A stretch of 64,000 nucleotides of DNA. Origin: Anaerolineae bacterium. Lineage in GTDB: Bacteria > Chloroflexota > Anaerolineae > Anaerolineales > Villigracilaceae. The translations under genes and the position numbers were made by a program. The notes beneath the pieces are model-generated. The model was given only the letters and a program-made list of their open reading frames with translations, did no database searches and was not told the DNA's origin. The stretch spans positions 5,213-69,212 of the forward strand of contig JAKLPV010000218.1 of assembly GCA_022013685.1 (NCBI GenBank). Reading direction: 5' to 3'. Shown here in pieces: positions 44,872 through 53,390 of this stretch (position 1 is its first letter; every line of letters begins with the position of its first letter).

Positions 44872-45350
44872 TTATTATATCAACAAATCAAAGCGGAATC
44901 AACCGCTTGAGCAAGACGCTTATATAATGCCCGTGGTCACAAATGCATAGCATAATATGCGCAGCATGATATTGCGTGTTTACGTTCTTATAAAAACGCA
45001 ATTTATGGCCGGGACGGGTATAGCCACAGTCTCAGAGCTTTGTCAAGTTTAGCCAGCGAGGGCTTACTTGGCTGCTCAAATGGCGTATACTGATATTTCA
45101 AGAGCAAGCACGAAGCCTTGCTTGCCCTGCAGGAAGAAATCTTCAAAAGCGACCTGGAGTTCATGAAAATCTTGCTTGACTCCGATTCTTCGGCGAGGCC
45201 AGCCAAGATCCGCTTGTGGGCGGGTTTATCCGGGCTTATATTTTGCACCATCGGCAGGCATCCCTGTTCGAGCAACCAGCCCCGGTCGACCGGTTGTTTA
45301 TCTCAGGGATTTCAGTCAGCCCGGCCCTGCGCGAGCAAGGAGGTTGATCC

Positions 45351-46169
45351 ATGTTCAACTTGCCGGCACATAAAAACAGTTTTGCGCTGTATTTCATCTA
45401 TGCGCTGGGCTGGTCATGGCTTTTCTGGATTCCAGCCGTTGCTCTGGGCTATGAACAGAGCGACCCGATCGGGATGACTCTCTTTATCCTGGGCGGCCTT
45501 GGTCCGGCGCTTGCTACGCTCTTCCTGCTCTTTGCGGCCAATGACCGTGAAACGCGTTCGGCCTTCTGGACAAGCATGATCGATATACGCCGCATGGGGC
45601 TGAAGTGGACGCTGGTCACGCTGTTGACTGTTCCGCTTGCCGGACTGCTGGCAATCTTGAGCGCAAACATCCTGGGCGGGCTGGATGGCTGGGAACCGGT
45701 CAGCGAACTGGTCTACAATCCCGTCAACCTGGTGTTATTTACCATCGCAAACCTGTTCTTTGGCCCGCTCCCTGAAGAAATTGGCTGGCGAGGATATGCC
45801 CTGCCGCGTTTGCAAAAGCATTTTTCCAGCCTGGCTGCCAGCCTGATCCTGGGCGCGATCTGGGTAATTTGGCACCTGCCGCTCTTTTTCATCAAAAATA
45901 GTCCATTTGCAGCCGCTTATGCGGTTGGATCACTCAATTTTTGGGCATGGATGCTTGGCCTGCTGGCCGCCTCGGTCATCATGACCTGGCTTTTCAACAC
46001 AACCCGCGGCAGCATACTCTCGGCAATCCTTTTCCACCTGGCCCTGAATGTGACCAGCGGCATCCTGCTTTTGCCTCCCCAGGCGCAAATCTTCATGCTG
46101 GTCTGGTTGGCAGTGATTGCAGTTCTGGTAGTGGCTAGCCGCGGTAAAAATCTTGGAGCATTGTCATGA
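45351..46169 (+). CDS. CPBP family intramembrane glutamic endopeptidase (CAAX protease/Abi)
   Basis: PLPEEIGWRGY and AIWVIWHLP motifs; multi-pass membrane protein; AAGGAGG ribosome-binding site. Confidence 0.85.
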   Translation: MFNLPAHKNSFALYFIYALGWSWLFWIPAVALGYEQSDPIGMTLFILGGLGPALATLFLLFAANDRETRSAFWTSMIDIRRMGLKWTLVTLLTVPLAGLLAILSANILGGLDGWEPVSELVYNPVNLVLFTIANLFFGPLPEEIGWRGYALPRLQKHFSSLAASLILGAIWVIWHLPLFFIKNSPFAAAYAVGSLNFWAWMLGLLAASVIMTWLFNTTRGSILSAILFHLALNVTSGILLLPPQAQIFMLVWLAVIAVLVVASRGKNLGALS

Positions 46170-46771
46170 ACCCCAATATCGACTGGAATTACCCGCCTCC
46201 GCGCACCGGCTGGCGCAAGGAAATCGACACCTTCATCGGCCCCGGCGTCACCCGCGCCGAACTGGCCCTGGAATGGTTCGTCTCTCTGGCTGGCGGACTG
46301 GGCATGCTGGCCTATGCATTAACCCGGCCCCTCGGCTGGACCGGCTGGCAAATCGCCCTGGCCGTGCTGCTGGCCTTAGACCTGGCAGGCGGCGTAGTAA
46401 CGAATGCCACATCCACCGCCAAACGCTGGTACCACCGCCCCGGACAGGGCTTGCGCGAACACATAACCTTCATCGCTGTGCATGGCGTCCACCTGGCGCT
46501 GGTCGGCTGGCTCTTCCGCAGCGGAGATTGGGCCTGGGCGATTGCCTGGTTTGCCTTTTTGATGCTCGCCAGTACGCTGATTTTGTCGCTTCCGCTCTAT
46601 TTGCAGCGCCCGACAGCCTTTTCCATCTTCGGGCTGGGACTTTTGCTCTCCATCTACATCGATTCCCCCGTCCCCGGTCTGGAGTGGTTCATCCCAGTCT
46701 TCCTGCTTAAGCTGCTGCTCAGCCACCTGCTGCGCGAAGAACCCTACCGGCCAGAAAGCAAAGGCATATAA
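46166..46771 (+). CDS. membrane protein, function unknown
   Basis: Five or six hydrophobic helices; its start overlaps the upstream stop codon. Confidence 0.6.
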   Translation: MNPNIDWNYPPPRTGWRKEIDTFIGPGVTRAELALEWFVSLAGGLGMLAYALTRPLGWTGWQIALAVLLALDLAGGVVTNATSTAKRWYHRPGQGLREHITFIAVHGVHLALVGWLFRSGDWAWAIAWFAFLMLASTLILSLPLYLQRPTAFSIFGLGLLLSIYIDSPVPGLEWFIPVFLLKLLLSHLLREEPYRPESKGI

Positions 46772-46778
46772 TCAAAGC

Positions 46779-47321
46779 ATGAATAACCAATCTCCCAACT
46801 ACCTGACCCGACAATTCGAAACAGCCTGGAAGTTTACCGGCTATCACCTTGACGGCCTGACCACAGAAGAGTGCCTGTGGCGTCCCGCGCCCAAGGGATT
46901 ACACGTCCATCAGTCCGCGGACGGACTCTGGCGCGCCGAGTGGCCCGACCACGAGGGATATGACATCGGCCCGCCGAGCATCGCCTGGCTGACCTGGCAC
47001 ATCTGCTTTTGGTGGTCGATGACGCTCAATCACTCCTTCGGTGACGGAACACTTGCGCGAGAAAATGTAATCTGGCCCGGCAGTGCAGACGCCGTTCGTG
47101 AGCGGATTACCCAATTACAGGCAGAATGGCGCGCGGCGCTCGAGCAGCTATCCGATGAGGATTTGCTCTCGACACAGCGGACACGCTGGCCTTTCAAAGA
47201 TCGTCCGTTCGGCGACGTGGTCGCATGGCTGAATGTCGAACTGACCAAGAACGCCTCTGAAATCGGCTACGCGCGCTTTTTATATGCAGTCAGGGAAGGA
47301 AAAGAGTCCACCCAGGAATAG
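46779..47321 (+). CDS. DinB-superfamily protein
   Basis: A helical-bundle pattern with conserved His residues (W.YH.DGLT.EE..WRP ... WHICFW), ~180 aa. Confidence 0.75.
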   Translation: MNNQSPNYLTRQFETAWKFTGYHLDGLTTEECLWRPAPKGLHVHQSADGLWRAEWPDHEGYDIGPPSIAWLTWHICFWWSMTLNHSFGDGTLARENVIWPGSADAVRERITQLQAEWRAALEQLSDEDLLSTQRTRWPFKDRPFGDVVAWLNVELTKNASEIGYARFLYAVREGKESTQE

Positions 47322-47432
47322 GCTCTTTAGAAATTCTCGTGATATGCTTCCGCATTTGGGGTATGAGCGCGTAGCGCGCTCATACCCCAAATGCGGCTTT
47401 CTTTACGGCAAATATCAGACAACCCAGAAATA
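47319..47432 (+). repeat. Copy A of a ~110-nt dispersed structured element
   Basis: TAGGCTCTTTAGAAATT...hairpin...CTTTACGGCAAATATCAGA. It aligns along its full length with 56323-56435, same strand. Confidence 0.85.
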
Positions 47433-47572
47433 GATTGCGGAGATGAAGCCAAAAAAATTGTATAATAATTTAGTAGACTGCAACCGCCCGGTGCAGGATT
47501 AACGGTTTAGGGCAAATGATACGAAGCGCAGCAGACACGGCGCGCCCTGTATCGCTTTATTGGAGAAATAAG

Positions 47573-48067
47573 ATGAAACTATCCCAACGCATGAGAAAAT
47601 TTGGCTGGCTGGCTTTCAGGCTGATATGGATACCCTTCACCACCCTGATGATTGCCATGTTCGGGCTGCCCGAAGGCGAGTATGACTGGTCAGAGCTACC
47701 CATCCTGGCCCGCTATTCGATCGTGATCGGAGGATTATTCGCCGCCGCTTCAACCATTCTGCTGGTCGGCGCGCCCATCGTCAGCGGGCTGCACAACCAT
47801 GCCATCCTGGACCAGGGCCTGCCAGCCGAAGCCATCATCTTGAAAATCACCGACACCGGAACAACGATCAACAACAACCCGGTTGTCAGGCTGTTACTGG
47901 AAGTTCACCCGCCCAACCAGCCCGTCTTCCAGGCCGAAACCAAACGGCTGATTTCTCGCCTGGAGATACCGCAAGTGCAGCCGGGCGCCAGCGTATCGGT
48001 GAAGTACGATCCCTCCAGCCAGGCGGTCGCGCTGGTCGAGGAAAACAACTCCGGCTTGCCGGCCTAA
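47573..48067 (+). CDS. hypothetical membrane-anchored protein
   Basis: Two N-terminal TM helices followed by a soluble domain; GGAGAAA ribosome-binding site before ATG 47573. Confidence 0.55.
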   Translation: MKLSQRMRKFGWLAFRLIWIPFTTLMIAMFGLPEGEYDWSELPILARYSIVIGGLFAAASTILLVGAPIVSGLHNHAILDQGLPAEAIILKITDTGTTINNNPVVRLLLEVHPPNQPVFQAETKRLISRLEIPQVQPGASVSVKYDPSSQAVALVEENNSGLPA

Positions 48068-48084
48068 CTGCGGGCGGATGACGC

Positions 48085-48726
48085 TCAGCCTCGAAATGTG
48101 ATCAACCTGCCCTTTATCTCAACGGCTTTAAATTTGAAATGGTCCTTGATCCACGCGATGGATTGGGGGTGGTAGAAAAAAGCGTGGGTCTGGTCGTTTT
48201 TGTAATACCAATCCTCAAAATTAATGGCTTCATCATAGAGAACGGTCATGCAATACAGGGCGCCACCCGGCTTAAGCAGGTTTCTTAAAATGCCAAATTC
48301 GCGCAAGGGCCGGTAAAAATGTTCGACCACCTCGCAGCAGGCAATATAATCGTATTGTTCATTCAAAAGTTCGGGGAAATTTTGGAAATATGGATCGTAA
48401 GGGCTGACGTTATAAGCGGCATCGCTCAGCATCTTGGTGATAACGGGGCCTGTGCCGGCGCCAAAATCAAGCCCCTTATGATTGCGCCCAAAATCAGCCA
48501 GGATCGATGAAACAATCGGTCTGACAAAATCCTGGTAGCGCGGGTCATCCACTTCGTTATTGTGTTCCAGGTAGCGCGCTTTTTCTTCCTGTGCTTCCGC
48601 TAATTGGGCGCGGTCGAGAAAAACGCCCAGGCAGGTTTCGCACTTGTGATAAGTCCGCATCTGGGTTGTGGCGAAAAAATGGGCACTGCCGTTACACAAA
48701 GGACAAAGGTTGTTGATCGATTCCAT
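48085..48726 (-). CDS. class I SAM-dependent methyltransferase with an N-terminal zinc ribbon
   Basis: CPLC...CETC zinc ribbon; SAM-binding motif GLDFGAGTG. Confidence 0.85.
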   Translation of the reverse strand: MESINNLCPLCNGSAHFFATTQMRTYHKCETCLGVFLDRAQLAEAQEEKARYLEHNNEVDDPRYQDFVRPIVSSILADFGRNHKGLDFGAGTGPVITKMLSDAAYNVSPYDPYFQNFPELLNEQYDYIACCEVVEHFYRPLREFGILRNLLKPGGALYCMTVLYDEAINFEDWYYKNDQTHAFFYHPQSIAWIKDHFKFKAVEIKGRLITFRG

Positions 48727-48772
48727 ATCGTTTTTTACCTGTTGAGCGAAAATGCAGAAGTTTGCTTGCCCG

Positions 48773-48808
48773 TTTCAAACAAAACCGGGCTGTTTCATAA
48801 CAGCCCGG
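48773..48808 (-). terminator. Intrinsic terminator after csp
   Basis: CCGGGCTGTT/AACAGCCCGG stem followed on the minus strand by TTTTGTTTG. Confidence 0.7.
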
Positions 48809-48834
48809 AACGATCTGGCGCATTCGCCTGCGCA

Positions 48835-49047
48835 TTACCCCAGCGGGGTGACATTGGCGGCTTGCAAGCCGCGTGGGCCGTCCTCGACTGAAAACTCCAC
48901 TTTTTGTTCGGGGTCGAGGCGTTTATAACCTTCCATTTGAATGGCCGAAAAATGGACGAATACATCCTCGCCCTCTTCGCGCCCAATGAAGCCGTAGCCC
49001 TTGGTCGGATTGAACCACTTGACTGTTCCAACAAATCGATCTGACAT
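48835..49047 (-). CDS. csp: cold-shock protein (CspA family)
   Basis: [15 protein letters not shown] and DVFVHFSAI (RNP1/RNP2); 70 aa from ATG 49047; GGAGAAAG ribosome-binding site. Confidence 0.93.
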   Translation of the reverse strand: MSDRFVGTVKWFNPTKGYGFIGREEGEDVFVHFSAIQMEGYKRLDPEQKVEFSVEDGPRGLQAANVTPLG

Positions 49048-49129
49048 TTTCTTTCTCCTGCATGAAATTTTTGCTGTTTCCAGCCGGGCAAGATTATCAC
49101 GCTGGGAAATGTGTGTCAAGTCAAAAACT

Positions 49130-51136
49130 TCAGAGCAGCAGGAAGACAACCAGCTCTTTGGGGCCGTGTACGCCAATCGTCAGGGTCATTTCGATGTCGG
49201 CAGTCCGGCTGGGGCCGCTAACGATGACCGAGGCCGGCGCATCCGCCCCCAGGCGCAGCAGGGGCGCCAGGTCGTCGGTCAGATCGCGGGCGCGCAGCAG
49301 GGCAACATGGATCTCAGGCAGCAGCGAAGCCGTCAGAGCGGCCTGGTCGGCCCCTGAAACAAGAATACCGCCCGCCGGGGCATAGCCGAGCGGGCAAAAA
49401 GTGATCCCGGCCTGGGTGGTCGCATCCGGGTATGGCAGCAACAGCGTTTCGAGCAAAGCCATCTGTAACAGGCGCACCGATTCCGTATCCGCACAGGCGC
49501 TGTGGATATTGCGCTGATGCAGAAAAGCGCCGACTTTTGAGCCAAGTTCGTTTTCAGTACAGGAGATGACCTGCCCGCCGAGCGCGGTCAACTCGGATGC
49601 GAATTGCTCCGCCAGCGAAGATTTTCCCGGCTCTGGCTGTTGGAGCGGCTCCACACTCGCGCCAAGCTCTCGTTTCATGGGCGTTTCAGCGGCCTGCTGC
49701 CGGATTCCGTCAAAACGCTCGCGAAAGGGCCTGACCGGTTTCGGAAAATCCTTACTCAGCCCCCAGCCTGTCGCGGCTGGCAACGGCAAAAAACGCGGCA
49801 GCGGGCGCGAGAACCAGCCCGCGATCTTTTGCAAAACGGCGAACAGGCGCGGGTGGGAGGCGATCCGCGCGAAGCCGCCCAGGGCCAGTTTTAAGATTCC
49901 GGGGAGTCCCTGGCCTTCAAGCGGCTTTCCGCTCTCGCTTGGGATTTCCCCCGCCCTGATTCTGAGCAGCATCTTCGGCAGGTCAATATCGACCGGGCAG
50001 GCTTCCTTGCACGCCCCGCACAGCGAGGAGGCCTGCGCCAGTTGGGCAAAATCCTCACCCATCAGCCCCGGCGAAACAACCGAACCGATCGGGCCGGGGT
50101 AAGGCGCGATCACGCCGTCTGCGCCGCGATAGGCGTGCCCGCCCAACTCGCGGAAGACAGGACAGGCATTCAGGCAGGCCCCGCAGCGAATGCAGTAAAG
50201 CGACTCGCGCAGCGGCGAGTTACGCAAGGCACTGCGTCCGTTATCGACGATGACCAGGTGGCGCTGCTGGCCCTCAAGCGGGCGCTGGATCAGGCTGGTG
50301 TAAACGCTCAGTTTTTGTCCGGTGGCAGAGCGCGCCAGGAGCGAGAGAAACAGCGCCAGGTCGTCAAGGTTCGGGACGATACGCTCCATGCCCATCAGAG
50401 CGATATGCACCGGCGGCAGGGTGGTGACCATGCGCCCGTTGCCTTCGTTGGTGACCAGGGTAAATGTGCCGGTCTCGGCCACGCCAAAATTGACCCCGCT
50501 GATGCCGATATCGGCTGTCAGGAAGACTTCACGCAAAATTTTGCGGGCGGTATCGGTCAGGGTCGGGATGTCTTCTGTGTAAGGGATGCCCAGCTTTTCG
50601 TGGAAGAGCACCCCCACATCGGCGCGGCGCAGGTGGACAGCCGGGGTGATGATATGGCTGGGGCGTTCATGGCGCAGTTGGATGATGTACTCGCCCAGGT
50701 CTGTTTCAACGACGCGATGGCGCCGTCCTGAGCCTGTCGAAGGGCCACTGGCTTCGAGAGCATGGTTAAGTTCGATCTCTTCACTGACCATGCTCTTGGA
50801 TTTGGCGAACAACAGGGGCGCAGCATGCTGCGCCCCTACCAGGCTGGCAATTTCAAGCACGATTTTGAGCGCTTCGGCGGCGTCTTTGGCGCGATGGACG
50901 GTGACGCCGTTGCGTTGCACCTGGGCAATAAATTTTTCGAGATATTCGTCGAGATGTTCGATGACATCCGCGCGGACGGTGTGGGCGCGCTGGCGGCGTT
51001 CGGCCCAATCGGGGAGCGAGGCCAGGGCAGCGGCGCGACCCGCCATGCGCCGTTCAACATTGGCGTCCAAAGCCGATTGCAGGTTGGAATCAGCTATTTT
51101 TTCGCGGATCTGGCCTTTGAAGCTGGTATCGCTCAT
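49130..51136 (-). CDS. lutB: LutB-like iron-sulfur protein fused to a C-terminal LutC/LUD domain
   Basis: Two 4Fe-4S motifs ([21 protein letters not shown]). About 200 extra C-terminal residues end in a LUD-type pattern. Start at ATG 51136. Confidence 0.8.
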   Translation of the reverse strand: MSDTSFKGQIREKIADSNLQSALDANVERRMAGRAAALASLPDWAERRQRAHTVRADVIEHLDEYLEKFIAQVQRNGVTVHRAKDAAEALKIVLEIASLVGAQHAAPLLFAKSKSMVSEEIELNHALEASGPSTGSGRRHRVVETDLGEYIIQLRHERPSHIITPAVHLRRADVGVLFHEKLGIPYTEDIPTLTDTARKILREVFLTADIGISGVNFGVAETGTFTLVTNEGNGRMVTTLPPVHIALMGMERIVPNLDDLALFLSLLARSATGQKLSVYTSLIQRPLEGQQRHLVIVDNGRSALRNSPLRESLYCIRCGACLNACPVFRELGGHAYRGADGVIAPYPGPIGSVVSPGLMGEDFAQLAQASSLCGACKEACPVDIDLPKMLLRIRAGEIPSESGKPLEGQGLPGILKLALGGFARIASHPRLFAVLQKIAGWFSRPLPRFLPLPAATGWGLSKDFPKPVRPFRERFDGIRQQAAETPMKRELGASVEPLQQPEPGKSSLAEQFASELTALGGQVISCTENELGSKVGAFLHQRNIHSACADTESVRLLQMALLETLLLPYPDATTQAGITFCPLGYAPAGGILVSGADQAALTASLLPEIHVALLRARDLTDDLAPLLRLGADAPASVIVSGPSRTADIEMTLTIGVHGPKELVVFLLL

Positions 51137-51149
51137 CGCTTTATCTTCT

Positions 51150-51863
51150 CTAACCGCCCGATTTTCTGGCGATGTACAGCCCACGCGCGTTCAGCCACTG
51201 CGGCTCATGGAAGACTTCCAGGCCACAGGCCTCGAAAGCCGCCAGGTACTCGTTCACACTGAATAATCCCAATTCATGCCGCTCGGTAAAATATTCGATC
51301 CCATCGGGTGTGCCGACCAGATAATTAAAAATGAAATACGACAGGCTGCCCTCCTGACCGGTCAGGTTCATGCGCGCGATCTTGAGGGTTGGTTGATCAA
51401 CAAACGTGGCGTGGATGTTCCCGACATGCCATTCTTCAGGCCCAAACCAGGGTTCGATGACCATCAGGCCACCAGATTTAAGATGGCGCTCGAAATTCGC
51501 AATCGCCTGGCGCATTTTTTCGGGGGTTTTGGTATAGCCGATCGAACTGAACAGGCAGGTGATCACGTCAAACTGTTTGTTCAGCTCGAAGTCGATCATG
51601 TCCCCAACATGAAAAGGCAATTCGGGACATTTTTGCTGCGCGGCCTCGAGCATGCGCGCGTCCAGATCGAGCCCTTCGACCTGGTAATGTTCGCGCAGGT
51701 AGCTGGTGTGCAGTCCCGTTCCGCAAGCCACATCCAGCAAGCTGTTCCCCCCGGAACGCAAACGGGCCTGGATATGCTGGTGGACCGACTCGGCTTCACC
51801 GGCGTAATTCTTGCCGCGGCCCAGGTAAATGGTATCGTACAAGTGCGCAGAGGGGGTGAACAT
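51150..51863 (-). CDS. class I SAM-dependent methyltransferase (resembles TylM1/DesVI-type N-methyltransferases)
   Basis: LYDTIY...KNYAGEA, LLDVACGTGLH, GLDLDARML, and FDVITCLFSSIGY. AAGGAG ribosome-binding site before ATG 51863. Confidence 0.75.
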   Translation of the reverse strand: MFTPSAHLYDTIYLGRGKNYAGEAESVHQHIQARLRSGGNSLLDVACGTGLHTSYLREHYQVEGLDLDARMLEAAQQKCPELPFHVGDMIDFELNKQFDVITCLFSSIGYTKTPEKMRQAIANFERHLKSGGLMVIEPWFGPEEWHVGNIHATFVDQPTLKIARMNLTGQEGSLSYFIFNYLVGTPDGIEYFTERHELGLFSVNEYLAAFEACGLEVFHEPQWLNARGLYIARKSGG

Positions 51864-51897
51864 AAACACTCCTTATCAAAAAGTTTCTTCGCGTTCC

Positions 51898-52632
51898 TTA
51901 GCGACCTTCGCGGTTTGCCAGCACTTCAGCGATGTGCAACACGCGCTGGTTTTTTTTCTGGCGATGCAGGCCGCCAGCGATGTGCATCCGGCAGCCGGTG
52001 TCGGCGACCACCAATACTGGCGATTCAGTTGACTCTAAATTTGCAATCTTGCGTTTGAGAAATTCGGCGCTCAGTTCAGGGTGTTCGACGCTGAAAACGC
52101 CGCCAAAACCGCAGCATTCTTCTTCGTGCGGCAGATCGAGGATCGTCGCACCGTGGACGTTGGCAAGCAGGGCGCGCGGCTGACGGTCGATGCCCAGTCC
52201 GCGTAACAGGTGGCAAGAGGGGTGATAGGTTAAAACACCATCCCAGCGCGCGCCGAGATCGGTCACGCCGAGCACATCCACCAGGTATTCGGTAAATTCA
52301 AAGCTGCGCGCAGCCAGCGCTCCGGCGCGCAGCAGCCCGCCCGGTTCGTTACGGAACAGTTCCGGGTAGCCGTGTTTGAGCATGTGGGCGCACGACCCAG
52401 ACGGGACGATCACATCGCCAAGGGCCGCTTCAAAGACCCGGATGGTATGCTCGGCCATCGAGCGGGCATCGGCACGCAGACCAGCGTTAAAAGCCGGCTG
52501 GCCGCAGCAGGTCTGATCGGCGGGGAAGGCCACGTCCAGGCCCAGGCGGTTGAAGATGCGCACAATCGCCTCCCCTGTTTCAGGGTGAAAGGTGTCTACC
52601 AGGCAAGTGATGAAGAGCTGGATGGTGTTCAT
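51898..52632 (-). CDS. lutA: LutA-like (Fe-S)-binding CCG-domain oxidoreductase
   Basis: Duplicated CCG motifs (QTCCGQP, EECCGFGG); 244 aa. Confidence 0.88.
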   Translation of the reverse strand: MNTIQLFITCLVDTFHPETGEAIVRIFNRLGLDVAFPADQTCCGQPAFNAGLRADARSMAEHTIRVFEAALGDVIVPSGSCAHMLKHGYPELFRNEPGGLLRAGALAARSFEFTEYLVDVLGVTDLGARWDGVLTYHPSCHLLRGLGIDRQPRALLANVHGATILDLPHEEECCGFGGVFSVEHPELSAEFLKRKIANLESTESPVLVVADTGCRMHIAGGLHRQKKNQRVLHIAEVLANREGR

Positions 52633-52634
52633 TT

Positions 52635-53390
52635 TTAGAGCAGGGTTTTGAGCGCTTCAGCAGTCTCGGTTGGGGCTTCGAGCATCGGCATGTGGCCGAC
52701 GCCGGGCAGTTCCGTCAGGTGGACGGTGCTTCGACGCTGCTCAGCAGCAGCTTTCATCTCGCGGGCGCGTTCAGCCGGGATGAGCGCATCGGCCAGACCA
52801 TGCACGATCGAGACGGGGAAATCGAAGTGAGACAGCAGACCGTTCGAATCAGGGCGGGCGGCCATGGCTTTGAGGGCGTTGATGATGCCGGGCGCGGACT
52901 GGCGCAGGATGGTTTCGCGGAGCAGCGCTTCATGGGCCGGGTTTGCCGAGAGTTTGGGAGACATGGCGTCTGCGACCACGCCGGGGCCTTTTTCAGCGAC
53001 CGCGGCGGCGGTTTTGTGGCGATTGGCCTGTCCCTCCGGGGTGTCGGGCCCGGCCTGGGTGGAGATCAAACCGAGGCCGAGAACCATCTCCGGGGACTGG
53101 CGGGCAAAAGCCAGAGCGACGTACCCACCCATCGAATGCCCGGCAAGAAAGGCGCGGCTGAGTCCGAGTCCGCGCAGCAGGCCGGCAAGGCTGGCGGCCA
53201 TCTCGTCCAAACCGCAGCCGCCTTCGGGCAGGGCGGAAGCCCCAAATCCGCTTAGATCGGGCAAAATGACATCAAAATGAACGGTCAGGTGCGGCAGGGA
53301 CTGTTCCCAGGCGCTGTGGTCGAGCGGGAAACCATGAATCAGGACGAGCGGCTGTCCCGAACCGGCGCGGATGTAATGCAGCTGGTTCAT
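52635..53390 (-). CDS. alpha/beta hydrolase
   Basis: HGFP and the nucleophile elbow GHSMGG; C-terminal His in GVGHMP. Confidence 0.85.
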   Translation of the reverse strand: MNQLHYIRAGSGQPLVLIHGFPLDHSAWEQSLPHLTVHFDVILPDLSGFGASALPEGGCGLDEMAASLAGLLRGLGLSRAFLAGHSMGGYVALAFARQSPEMVLGLGLISTQAGPDTPEGQANRHKTAAAVAEKGPGVVADAMSPKLSANPAHEALLRETILRQSAPGIINALKAMAARPDSNGLLSHFDFPVSIVHGLADALIPAERAREMKAAAEQRRSTVHLTELPGVGHMPMLEAPTETAEALKTLL

